A stretch of 64,000 nt of DNA from a virus: the IMG/VR virus record IMGVR_UViG_3300045988_159706; one strand, given 5' to 3'. The notes under the pieces were generated by a model. The model saw nothing but the letters and a program-made list of their open reading frames with translations. It made no database searches and had not been told where the DNA came from. Both the position numbers and the translations under genes were made by a program. This document shows positions 45,701-56,997 of this stretch, piece after piece. The number at the start of each line of letters is the position of its first letter. Position 1 is the stretch's first letter.

Positions 45701-47262
45701 GCCTGAGTAAGTTCAGTCTTACCTCTATCTTTAAGATAGTTGTAGACTAGCTCTCTCAGTGCCATCCTTTCTTCATTTAGATCAACTCCAGTTAATAAGT
45801 AATGTTTAAAGTAATCAAACTGAAACAAAGTATGGAACCCAGTATATACAGCAGTTGAAATTACAGAAGCAGTTTGTCTATCAAACCCGTTTTGAATTGC
45901 GTCTCCATAAGTTTGGGCGGCTGCAGTAGTTACTAAGTAAGCTCTTGCAATTGCAGTACTAGCTTTTTGATATTTATTATAAGCATCATAAGCAGCTTTA
46001 TATTCAGGCATGGATTCAATAATAGTTTTTACTTTAGCAGGAATCTGCCCTTTTTTAAGCATTTCTTTAGTAAAAACCAGTTCCCCTTTTGAAATAAGCC
46101 CTTTTTCAACAGCTTTGTCAAGAACAGTTCCTTGTAGAGCTGCAACACCTGCTTCTAATCTTCTATCCATTCCTAGCATTTTAGGAATATTTGCAACTCA
46201 TCGTTGCTGGAATAGCTGTTGTGCAGAAGTAGAAGCAAATTGACATATGTTATCAAAGGAGAAAGAATGTACTTGGTTATATTCAGAAGGGGTACTATTA
46301 AATTTTTGCATAAACCCTTCAAATTTATTTAAAGCAGAAGAAGGGCGATATTCTGAATCTAATAATCCTCCAAATGTTTTAATAAGAGCAGGCATAGATT
46401 CACTTAAGTACATGGCTGCAGTCATTCCCGCTCAGTACTCTCCTACTCCAGGAATTAAATAAGGGGCCATTACAGCCAATGTTCTTGCTACTGACCTAAC
46501 TGGATTAACCTCTATGCTATCAGTATCAAAAATATCTACTTTATTCCATACACTTCCATCTGTTGTTAATACATCCAGAACACCTAGAACTTGCTTTCCA
46601 TAATATTCCCTTCCATTTAAAGTTTCATAATAAAACTTTCCATCAGAATCATATTTGTAATCACCTTTTGAATGCTTAACAATGTTTCCATCAATATCTG
46701 TATGCTCTCCATCCTCATCTCATTGGGCTAATACTAAAGTATCACTAGTCAAAACTCCTAATGCACCAAGATCATTTGGGGTTTTATCCGACCAAGTTCC
46801 ACTTTCAGTATCAAAGTATTTATTTTTTTGTGCAAGTTCTGCAATACTTAAAGCTCTTGGTCCCTCAGTTCCCTCATGGAAATATGAAGTAGTTTCAAAA
46901 GGATTGGATACCTTTTTAATTTCAAAAGTAGGCCCCTTTTTGATATTACTTTTGGCATCTCTGTTTATGTCAAAAGCATCATATTCATAACTATCTTTTA
47001 ACCACTTTTCTGTGTCTAAAGTTGAAAAACTAGTATAATCCTGTAGTGCTTTTGCATAAAATTGATCAAATAAAGCTTCATTAAATTTTCCACTATCATC
47101 TTTGAAAAACTCTTTTACCTTATCGGATTGAAGATAGTCCTCTTTTGGACGAATACTTGTATTTAAAGAGTTTATACCGTCTGCTGCTAATTTGTCAATT
47201 GTAACATCTGTATTTAACAGATTTATAGCAACCCAATCATTTTGTTTAATGTTATTATCCAT
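39790..47262 (-). CDS. giant protein (about 2490 aa) with an embedded SF1 helicase-like P-loop core
   Basis: ATG 47262. Seven track ORFs from 46720-47262 down to 39790-40434 are all in one frame. All gaps were translated and contain no TAA or TAG. TAA at 39790-39792. Motifs GSGVGKS, IIIDEGTY, TTGDILQSG and YTILTRGKNATII. Confidence 0.8.
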
Positions 47263-47267
47263 ACTTT

Positions 47268-49142
47268 TTATAAATCTCCAAATGAGGTTTGTAGCTTAGT
47301 TTGCCTTGGATTATATGCCCCATTATTATATCGTGGATCAACATAAGCTTCCTGCATCATTTGATACTCCGAACCAGTTCTTTTATCAGTTCTAGCTCGT
47401 TCATCAGATACTGCTTGAGAGGCTTGATTAACATATAAAGGAATAAATACAGTTCCGCTTAAAATTCCTCTATTCCAAATCCAACCATAATTAATCTTAA
47501 CCTTATTTTTCTTTTCTCTGCCTTGATTAGCATAATTTACATCATTCATAAACTTATCCCTACCTTGACCTGTAAGCCTATCAATAGTAGGGTTATCAGA
47601 TGAATATCCTGCAACTGCTCCTTCATCTTCTGACATTTTAGCATGTACAGCAAGGAATCGTCCAGTCATTAAATTTCCATCTTGATCTAGATTATTATCC
47701 AGAGCATATTTCTTATAAATTTCAAAAATTTCTCTAGGATCAGTTACTTTATTTTTGGCTATTTCATCAACTGCCATTTGGTAACGATTTATAGCTCCAA
47801 AATCAGGCTTTCCATTATAGTCAACTGGAACATCTATAGTTTCGACACCATCAGAAGCATCAACTAAGACTTCTCTAGCTTTGTTAGGATCTATATATAA
47901 AGTATCTTGACTATCTCCAACAACACTTCCATTAGTTCCCTTTGCATTATACATACCTCCAAAGTATAATTTATCTCTATCCATAGCTACTCCATTTTTC
48001 GCAAGGTCATTAAAGACCTCATCTAATGTAGCTATACCAGTTACTATTTCATTATCTTTATCTCTTAGAGGATTGTGCTTAACTTCTACTATAAAATCTG
48101 CAATTCCATCCCGAGTTCTAACTCTACGAGTTCTACTAGCACCAAAGCCACTAATAAGACTTTGTCCATAACCTTCTTTATCTCCTGGACCTGAACCTTC
48201 TCCTGAACCACTTTTACTACCTTTTCCTAGTGGATCTTTAACATATCCTACTTTTCTTGAAGTGTCTGTATGTTCAAATAGTGCAGCTTTTAGAATACTT
48301 GTAACATCTTCCATACTCTCTGGGTTTAGCCCCTCAGCAGCTGTAGTTGCACGTAATACATGTTTAGCATTATTATTTAAATTCTTATAAAGGTATATAA
48401 TAGCTGCATTTATATCCTGAGCAGCTTTTGAATCTGAACCCTCTATTTCATAAAGTCCATCAGGACCTAAACTCATCAACGCTTCTAACCCCCTTTGAAC
48501 TTGGCCTCCAGCTTTAATGGTATAACCTTTTTGGGAAGTGGTTCCAAATTTCTTAATAGTACCTATTACTTGGTCCATAATAGTTTTCATTCCTATTGAA
48601 TTTGATAAATCATGTAGGATAGATTCATCAAATTTTAAATTAGGATCTCTTTCCCTTAGATGTATTAGTTCTGCGTTAGTTAAAACTTGATATTCTTCTG
48701 GATTCTTACTATAATCTGTTGGAGTTACCTTTTTTACTGATTCCCCATCATATACATATAAATTTCCATCATTGGAAATAGCAACATCAGAACCAGTATT
48801 TTCTACTTTAATTCTATCTGTTGCATTTTTATATAGTGCATTATTATGTTGTAATCTATTTGCTAATGATCTGAGTCTGATTAATTGACTCATTGTATTT
48901 GTCTTTTTTCCAGAGAAGATATTAGTTGAATCTTGCAAGAAAGATTGTGCTTGGCTTAGAAAATAATCAACATCAGTAGGAATTCCATTCTCTTCTAATA
49001 CTTTAATGATCTCTTGTTCTATTAGTTTATCGTCTTTCTTTTCAGAAGAAGGAGAAGTCGCAGGTTCTCCCTGCGACTGTCCCATTACTTCTCTTGAAAT
49101 TGGAGTATATGAAGCTCCATATTGATATTTTTGAATTTTCAT
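47268..49142 (-). CDS. virion-module protein (624 aa)
   Basis: Uninterrupted ORF. Its ATG overlaps the upstream TAA by 1 nt. TAA stop. No TGA. Function unknown. Confidence 0.75.
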   Translation of the reverse strand: MKIQKYQYGASYTPISREVMGQSQGEPATSPSSEKKDDKLIEQEIIKVLEENGIPTDVDYFLSQAQSFLQDSTNIFSGKKTNTMSQLIRLRSLANRLQHNNALYKNATDRIKVENTGSDVAISNDGNLYVYDGESVKKVTPTDYSKNPEEYQVLTNAELIHLRERDPNLKFDESILHDLSNSIGMKTIMDQVIGTIKKFGTTSQKGYTIKAGGQVQRGLEALMSLGPDGLYEIEGSDSKAAQDINAAIIYLYKNLNNNAKHVLRATTAAEGLNPESMEDVTSILKAALFEHTDTSRKVGYVKDPLGKGSKSGSGEGSGPGDKEGYGQSLISGFGASRTRRVRTRDGIADFIVEVKHNPLRDKDNEIVTGIATLDEVFNDLAKNGVAMDRDKLYFGGMYNAKGTNGSVVGDSQDTLYIDPNKAREVLVDASDGVETIDVPVDYNGKPDFGAINRYQMAVDEIAKNKVTDPREIFEIYKKYALDNNLDQDGNLMTGRFLAVHAKMSEDEGAVAGYSSDNPTIDRLTGQGRDKFMNDVNYANQGREKKNKVKINYGWIWNRGILSGTVFIPLYVNQASQAVSDERARTDKRTGSEYQMMQEAYVDPRYNNGAYNPRQTKLQTSFGDL

Positions 49143-52100
49143 TACGAAAGCATTTTTAATAATAACTTTATTAAATTATCATCCATTTTCTGAACAGCTT
49201 TTCTATAATCCTTTGCTTTATCTAAGATTGTCTGCTCATCAAAATCACGATATCGCTGAGTTTTAGTTATAGTTCCTCCTTTTTTCTTAATTACAGGAAT
49301 TGTTCTATAAAAAGAAGGATTTCTATAGTAATTTCCTATTGTACTTTGAGGCATGTCAATAGTTCTACGTCTTCCAGTGAATCTACTACGACTATTCAAA
49401 TAACTATTTAACTGAGATCTCATCATTATGTCATTTTGAAGATTTTGAATAGAGCCAGAGTAATAGTTCTCTAAGAATTTTTGACGTCCTGCCTCAGAGT
49501 CACCATAATCAGACTTCCAGTTTGGATTGGTAAGTTGCTCATTCTCCCAAGCCTTTTGAGCTTCTGCAGAATTAAATAACTCTAAATACGTTTTTTGAGC
49601 ATTCTGCTGTAAAGCAATGTTATCCCTAACTGTAGCAGCCAATTGTTCATCCTGCTGGTCTCTTACTAAATCCATTCTCTTTTGATCAATGAAAGGATTT
49701 ATAATCTGGTTCCAAGCTGTAAATTGTTTAGCTGCTTTGTTTTGAGCTAACATATTTTCCATTTGGCCAAGAACTGCCTTATTGTAATCTGCTATTTGAG
49801 TACGTTGATTAGCATATTCTCTTCTTGCAGCAAGGTCCTTATCATTAAATTCACTAATAGTTTGAGATAATCTAGTATCCCTTTCATTAGCCAATTGATC
49901 AGCTTGTTGATCTCTCATAAGTCTTTCAGCCATTACCTGATTAGGATCGCTTGTGACAGTTTTAAACTGACGAATATCCTTTATTCTATCTCCATACATA
50001 CGAGCAATTCCCATATCTGTATATGGAGCATAAAGTTCTGTAGGCATAGATTTTAATTGACCTTGAGCTGCAGCTCTGATTCCTCTTGCTAATTCACGTC
50101 TTTGACGAGCATTTGAAATTAATCCTCCTGCTAATGAACCTAAATCTAATAAATTTTTAGGATTAAACGAAAAGCCTCTTCCATCAGAAGCACTTCCAGT
50201 AGAAACTACGTTATTAGATGCAGTGTTATTAGAAGATTCATGCTTTGATACCTCCTCTTTAAGACTGGAGGTACTAATATTTCTATATGGATTTTTTAAA
50301 TCTAAATAGGCATTTTCTCTCTGAGTCCTATTATACTGAACATTAAGAGGGACTTGATTTTCTATTGGCTTGAACTGATTCCTTCCTAAGAAAAGTTGAG
50401 GAGATGAAGAAGCTTTAAACATCGTTTTTGGATCAATTCCTGTTATTTTCTCTGCCATTAATCTCTGTCTTGCCTCTTTTTGTGCTTGCCATGGTGTGAT
50501 TACTCCTGTTTCCCATGCTGATACTATAACAGGCTCTGCATCAAAAGAACCATAAACCCCTTGATTATCCATAGATTTACCAAAGAATTTTGATCCACCT
50601 TGAGCTTTAAGAATTTTGCCCCCTTTTTTATATAAACTCTGAGGTCTATAAACCATTCCTCCATCATTAGGTAATTGTACTCAAGAACCTGCAGTTTTTG
50701 GTAACATTAATCTAGGTTTGGCGGTGCGAATTTTAATAGGCTTAGCTGGAATAGGATTAGGAAACCAGTAGGGATTAAAGTAAGCTTGATCTCCATTAAT
50801 AAGTTCTCCTGTAGTTCTATAACCTCTTTCAAAGATATTAAGACCCCTAACACTAGGAGCATCAAATTCTTTTCTAAAATCAGCTCTATTTTCTAATCTT
50901 TCAACTACATTTCCAAATTCTCTATTTTGAGCTCCTCTCATCCAACTACGACCAAATCTGTTTTGTAAGAACCAAGGAAGTTCATCTTCAGTTCTGGCTC
51001 TTAATTCTTTTCTATCCCCCGTTAATCTATCAGTAATAGAAGAGTTTAGATTCTTTGTTGCCGTCTTAATCTTAGACAGTCCTTCCTGATAAAGCTTGTT
51101 CTTTGGTAGATTAGATAGTACATCAGCATCCTTTAAAGCATCTTCATAATTAATATTACCAGTTTTTGCATCATACCAAGCCTTTCCCTTAAATTGACCT
51201 GGATTTTGTGAAACAGCATCATTTAATGCTCTTTTTTGAATATCTATTAATTTTTCAGGAGTGGCTTTTCCAGAAATATCTGCTGTTCTTCCAGTTTTCT
51301 TATATCCTACTGTTCTATCTAAAGCTCTCTTTCCACCTATTAATCCTTGAACTCCCATTAATATATTTCTATAATCATCAAGAGTCCATTCTCCTTCTTT
51401 ATTAATAGAATTTAGAGCTGCTGATAGACCTAAAGCAGAGAATCCTGCTGTTAGTAGTGGTTTAATTCGTTTAATTATCCTAGCGGTTTTAGCTGCTTTT
51501 CCAGCTATTCCAACACCTGGTAGGAATGAAACAACATCTAGTCCAAGCCCCAAAGCTGCATTTCCTAAATCACCTAAATCAAAACCATCTCTTTTAACAT
51601 CAGAAATAAACTGAGTTGCAGTAGAGCCTACTCCCAAAGCTGCTGCTACAGGATTTCCTCCAGTTGGTATAGCAGCTACTAGTGCTCCTAAATCAGCTGC
51701 TAATGCTCCAAGTTGTCATTTATCAGCAGCAGTTAAATCTCCACTTTTTATTTGAGATGTAGTCGCAGCCTTTTTTTCATCACGAGTCTCTACCTTTGGG
51801 GTTGTTTTCTCAGTATCCTTAGAAATCCAATTAATTAATCCTCCAGTTTGTTGTTTTGGAACTTGACGATTGTAATGAATGGCTGGAACTCTTTTCCCAG
51901 CGTATTCATCATTAAAAAATCCTGTATTCAACCATCTGCTAAATCTAGACCATTCTCTATGCTTAATAGCATTTATTTCATCCGCACTTAAATAATTATC
52001 ATTAAGTAGAGATTTGAATCAGTTTCTATTAAATGGATGTAATTTCTTACTTTCAGTATCATAAAAGAATCCTTGATTCTCATCCTCTGGATTATACGCA

Positions 52101-53599
52101 AAACTATATCTTCCAGAAGGATCAAAATCATCCCAAATATAACCACCTAAAATTTTATCTGTTGGATCAATTCTTGAATAAAAAGCATTCCCTGTAGCTT
52201 CTCCATTATATCCTGCAGCCCTAATATATTTAGAAATATCAACAACATTCCCATTCTCATCTAACCCTATAGAAGAGATAGAAGTAGGTACTCCGAACTC
52301 ATTTCTAGGAGTATTATTATCAATAATATCCATTACTGTAACTCCTTGAGGAAGATTCTCATATAAAGGTGATGTGTAAGTATATAATACATTATCATCA
52401 TTTTTATATGTTTTATTGAAGTAGGGATTATATTGAAGTTGTGAATTATATCTCTTAAAAGGATTATTCGTTCACAATACTTGCCACTGTCCATTCTTAA
52501 CAGGATCAAATAAATTTTGACGCATCTTATTAAAAATGTCAACATTCGGAGAATTTAAAATTTGATTAATTTCTGATTCTGGATTAGCTCACTCATTTTT
52601 ACTATATAACCTGCCATTATAAAGGATATAGTCTTTGAATCTTTTTAATTCTGGGTGAATATTAACAAAGTTTTCTCCGAAATATGCATTTCTTCAATCC
52701 TTTCCGTAACCTTCTAGTCCAAATCCTTCAGTTAATAGTTCTCCTTTTGGCCCATAGGAAATTTTAAATTGATTTCTAAAATCAGTAGTAAAGTTATTAT
52801 CTTTATCCCATTTATCCTGATTTGACTGAGCACCGCCTTCTTCAGAGGTTTTTGAAGTATTAGTTTTATCAAGAATACCTAATTTAGATAATGTATTAAT
52901 ATCACTATCTGTAATACTTCCATCTTTAATTCTCTGATATAAACCATCCCAATCTGTGTATTCTTTAACGAACCTTGAATACACATCTTTAGTTTGATTA
53001 TTATACCCTTTCCAGTCTACAATATTTTCCTCTTTTTCAAGATTTCTTAAAAAGTCTAATCTATCAAAAATGCTTGTATTATCAGTGTCAGTATTATATA
53101 TTCTTCTCCCGTTATCATCAAGTACTAAGTTTCCATCCTTATCTCTTTTATATGAAAGAAATAATTTTCTAGAAACATCGACACTTTTATTTTTATTCGC
53201 TTGTGGAGTAACTTGGTTATAATTAAACCCACGTAAAGCGTTTGTTGCACTTTTAACTTGATTTACTCTTCCATTAAAAGTACTATCTAATGCTTCTCCA
53301 GTTTTTGAGGTACGTCTTGCAGCACGTCTTCTTTGGCGGGCATTCATGTTGTCAAACGTTACATCTCCTCTTAACTCGTTAGTATTAGAATCATATGATA
53401 AATCGGCACCAGATCTAAGAGCATTAACAATAGCTCCATAATCAGCTCTAGCTCTATCATCTGTGATTGAACTACCGTGTGCCGCCATAGCCTGTAGAAA
53501 GTCGTCGTCAACTTGATATGTCACACCATCCTTAGTAAAGTTGCCGTATTTTTTTACAGCTCCTCCACCCTGGAGTTTTTGTATATTTACCTGTGCCAT
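49142..53599 (-). CDS. large virion-module protein (about 1485 aa) with glycine-zipper/hydrophobic and Q-rich coiled-coil segments
   Basis: ATG 53599. Track ORFs 52694-53599, 52019-52333, 51716-51931, 50681-51637 and 49142-50656 are all in one frame. Gaps were translated and are open apart from TGA. TAA at 49142-49144. Confidence 0.7.
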
Positions 53600-53618
53600 T
53601 TTATCAATGTATTATACT

Positions 53619-53652
53619 TAAAAAGGGAGATTGACTACTTACAATCTCCCTT
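53619..53652 (-). terminator. rho-independent terminator after the 113-aa gene
   Basis: On the minus strand: gggagattg, 8-nt loop, caatctccc, then ttttt. Confidence 0.7.
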
Positions 53653-53678
53653 CTATCTCTATTAATCATTAGTTAGAT

Positions 53679-54020
53679 TTATTTCTTCTTAATGATATTT
53701 AAGTCTCCGCCTTTCTCTTTCTTTCCACATTTCTTACGTCCAGCGATTTTTCCGCCTTTCTTAAAGACGGGTTCTCCTTCTGGAGCTTGTCCTACTGGAG
53801 CTTGTCCTACTGGAGCTTGTCCGCCTCCCATAGCTTGCTGAATTAAGGCAACAAAGCCTTCACATACTTGCATAGCCATCTGGCAGTCCTGCCCCTGTAA
53901 AGCTTGCATAGCCATTTCTGCTAACATCTGAATAGGATCTTGCTCACTACCTGCAGGAGCACCAGCGGGAGCAGCTGTAGGAGCGGCTCCACCTTCTTGG
54001 AATTTCTTAATATAAGCCAT
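53679..54020 (-). CDS. small Ala/Gly/Pro/Lys-rich protein (113 aa) in a promoter-to-terminator cassette
   Basis: The ORF has its own promoter-like element and terminator. It is richer in GC than its surroundings. It contains GQAPV-GQAPV-GQAPE repeats and a basic C-terminal tail. Confidence 0.7.
   Translation of the reverse strand: MAYIKKFQEGGAAPTAAPAGAPAGSEQDPIQMLAEMAMQALQGQDCQMAMQVCEGFVALIQQAMGGGQAPVGQAPVGQAPEGEPVFKKGGKIAGRKKCGKKEKGGDLNIIKKK
53781..53825 (-). repeat. 3 x 15-nt tandem repeat inside the 113-aa gene
   Basis: tggagcttgtcctac appears twice, then tggagcttgtccgcc (plus strand). Together they encode GQAPV GQAPV GQAPE. Confidence 0.85.
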
Positions 54021-54099
54021 ATTACTTATTGTTATTTTATTAATATAATTTAGTTTTTACTCTTTATAAGACATATTGTCATATACTCTTTTTACTTCC

Positions 54100-54131
54100 C
54101 AAAATTACATATATTATTTAAATAATCCAAA
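54100..54131 (-). promoter_or_regulatory. Bacteroidota-type promoter (-33 TTTG / -7 TAnnTTTG)
   Basis: On the minus strand: TTTG (54131-54128), a 20-nt spacer, then TAatTTTG (54107-54100), about 80 nt upstream of ATG 54020. Confidence 0.5.
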
Positions 54132-54152
54132 TAATTTAAATTATAGTTCGCT

Positions 54153-54932
54153 TTACCTATACTTTCATATATAATTTTTATAGGGTTTCTGATTATGAAT
54201 TGCATGACAAATAGTTCCTGAATTATAATTATATTTTCTTGTTATATCCATTAAACAATCAAAACTTTCAATTAAAATTCCATCCAGACTGTATTTGTCT
54301 ACAATTTTTGATCTTTTATTTTCTTTGCCATATTTCCTTGAAATCTTTTTCTTTGAAGGGCAATACTTGCCAGGGTAGGTATCTTTAGCTCTTCACTGAA
54401 AGCCTTTAGAAGTTCCTTTATTGTTTATTACACAATAAATTATTTGGGATGCATCACATCCAGTTTCTCGTTCTGCTTGAGCAGCACTGGAATATTCTTT
54501 AATAAAATTTCCTTCTAAGTCAAATTGCCATACAGTTCTAGATACACTTTGTTTTAATTTAAGTTTATGCCTCTCTGATAACTTTCTGCCATAAGAAGGA
54601 TGAGTGGATCCACTTCCTGGTGTAGACCCTCCTATTGTACAATTATACCCTTCATAATAACTATTATATTGCCCAATATAGTATATTTCCATGTTGTCAA
54701 GAATCTTATGTACTTCATTAACATCATCAGAAATGATTGTATATAAAATTTCATAGTTGAAACTATCAAATCCATACTTTCGTATAGCTACGTAAAACGG
54801 CAAATAATAATATTTACTATTTATATGACTACTATTATACTTATGTTGAAGCTTCCTTTTATGCTCATTTATTGTTTGTCCAATATAAGACTTGCCTGAT
54901 GGGGAAGTGTATTTATAAATTACACCTTTCAT
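54153..54932 (-). CDS. free-standing GIY-YIG homing-endonuclease-like protein
   Basis: GVIYKYT...SYIGQT...RKLQH. The frame continues through TGA 54393 (GFQ-W-RAKD) and TGA 54165 (NYI-W-KYR) to TAA 54153-54155. Confidence 0.75.
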
Positions 54933-54935
54933 ATA

Positions 54936-55553
54936 TTAGTCTTTATCTGGCAAAGAAGTATATTCAGGTTCGCGGGTATCTTGTTTAGATAGTACTCCAA
55001 ACATATACTTACCTAATTTTTTGTAATCACTATCTTTTTTAGATTTACTAGCTTTCTTAGCTTTACGGATTAGTTCTCGTGTCTCTTTTCTACTAACAAT
55101 TCGTTCTCCCCCAACTAAATCCATTTGAGGTTTTCCATCAGATCCAAGAATATACATTTTATCAATATCCTCTTCACTAATATCCTCTTCATCATCCTCA
55201 AAATCTAAGTCATCTCCAATCTGAATACCAGAATTAGCATTAACTTCAAGTACATACTTAGTTCTCCCATCTTCTTCATCAGGAGTAGAGGTAATTAAGT
55301 CAGAACTGTGAGCTTTACCTAATACAACATTATAAACTTCATCATCTTGATCTATGAAGACTAGATCAATATCGAATTCCATTTCCTCTGTATTAAATAC
55401 AACCTGACCCTGATCTTCAGGCATAACAAATAGCATACCTTCATCATCATCCATAGATTCTACATTAGATAGACCTTGAGTTCTTTCCTCTTCTGTTTCT
55501 GCAACTAAGACTTTATATTTCTTATCTGCTATTTCAATTATTATCTCTTTCAT
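54936..55553 (-). CDS. DUF192-like domain protein with acidic linker and basic tail
   Basis: VLVAETEEERTQGLSNVESMDDDEGMLFVMPE...FNTEEMEFDIDLVFID follows the DUF192 pattern (A.T..er..GLm....l....GMLF ... pLDi.F.d). Confidence 0.5.
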   Translation of the reverse strand: MKEIIIEIADKKYKVLVAETEEERTQGLSNVESMDDDEGMLFVMPEDQGQVVFNTEEMEFDIDLVFIDQDDEVYNVVLGKAHSSDLITSTPDEEDGRTKYVLEVNANSGIQIGDDLDFEDDEEDISEEDIDKMYILGSDGKPQMDLVGGERIVSRKETRELIRKAKKASKSKKDSDYKKLGKYMFGVLSKQDTREPEYTSLPDKD

Positions 55554-56996
55554 TATTTTGCTGCTTTGTTAAAAATTTCAATAATATCTAAATTTGGTTG
55601 CATACCTCCAAATAAATTTTCTTTGCTACGATTTGAAGTTAATCGATCTAAAAGAATATTAGTTGCTTCTTTAGCTCTTTCTTCTAATTTAGGATATAGT
55701 GCTTTTTGCTCAAATTTAGGAAGGCTGCTAAATTTTTCGAATCCATGAGATAATGTTGGAGAACTACTTCAATGCCGTTCATGTACATTTGGATCAATTC
55801 TAAATTGTATATCTGGACTTAATTTGAATAAGTTATTTCTTGATTTTAACACAAAGTTAGGATCATAATATATATTACTAGAATTTTTAGTTAACTCTTG
55901 CAATTCAGCAATATTAGAAGTATCATCAATAATCTGAGGATTTATATGAGTTTTAATTTTATTTCCTCTAAGTCTTTGTATTCTTTCTAATCATTTATAC
56001 CCGTTCTTAGTAGGTAATACTGCCTCCTTACTGATTATATTATCTCATTCTAATGCAGGATTTTTTGAATTATTTATAGAAATTAATTTTGCCTGTAACC
56101 CATTTTTTAAGCTATTTTCATAAATATTAGAATCTGTAGTAATAACTTTAGCTGTTCTTGGTAATTTAAATTTACCATCTAAAGATAGAAAAAACGTATC
56201 CATTGGTTCTATTGAACTAGGATATATATTAGCTTTTTCTGCATCTTTAAATGGCAAGATAACTGTAGTAGTATTATCAGTTCAGTCTCCTCATGAATGC
56301 GGTCTAACACTGACTCCTGTTGTAAAGTGTGTTGTATTAGGTATACTAGAAGTTGTAGGTAAATTTGGTCCATCATTAAAATCAATATAATTTGTTCTAT
56401 GTATCAAGCTCATGTTTCTTGCATTATTTATTGCTTTAGCTGTATTAATAGATCTTCTCACTAAATTAATTCCACCTCCAATATCTAACATATCTCCGAT
56501 TCCTGATAAAATCGCTTTTCTATAATTTCCCGCCTTAGCTTCTCTATAAGTTTTCTGCACACCGTTATTACTAATTGAGTTTCTAACCCCATCAGCAGTT
56601 AATCCAACATCAACTCCTGTTCGAATTCATTTAGGTAATTGACTATATAATCAAGATGCACCTTTTCCTGCTGCTGAAATAGATGGAGCAGCTAAAGCAC
56701 CTGCTCCTATCACTGCAGGAATATACATAGCCTTATTTAATCCTTCATATCCTCGTCTCTGCCTAGCCGCATCCTCTCCTACTTTTCCTAACAACTCTCT
56801 AGCTTCTTCATTTCCCCTATTTGCAGAAGATGTTAATGTAGAAATGTGTTCTCTATATTTACTAGGATTAGTTTCTTTTAAATCGTTAATTCTTGTCTCT
56901 AAAGATGTAGTTGGCTTTGGAGGAGTATACAGCTCTGGATTTTTTATTGATATTATCCAGAGCTGTAACAACTTGTGATCTTATATCTAATGGCAT
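55553..56996 (-). CDS. virion-module protein (about 470 aa), start or frame unresolved
   Basis: Track ORFs 56651-56971, 56291-56560 and 56045-56257 plus the tail to TAA 55553-55555 are in one frame, joined by TGA. That frame has only a TTG (56971) as a start. The well-placed ATG 56996 is in a different frame. Confidence 0.6.
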
Positions 56997-56997
56997 A

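Noticed and set aside
52333-52545. Minus-strand ORF 52333-52545 as a separate gene
   Set aside because: It is out of frame with the continuous frame that links 52694-53599 to 52019-52333. That continuous frame is open across this interval when TGA is read as sense.
53781-53825. Tandem 15-nt repeats as a CRISPR-like or regulatory array
   Set aside because: Only three directly adjacent units with no spacers. They are in frame inside a coding sequence and encode GQAPV repeats.
2500-54152. tRNA (including a suppressor tRNA) in the intergenic regions 2500-2562, 10842-10933, 15764-15856, 25873-25923, 53600-53678 and 54021-54152
   Set aside because: I could not draw a cloverleaf with acceptor, D, anticodon and T arms in any of them. 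They are explained by terminators, hairpins or promoter-like sequence. A dedicated tRNA scan is still advisable.
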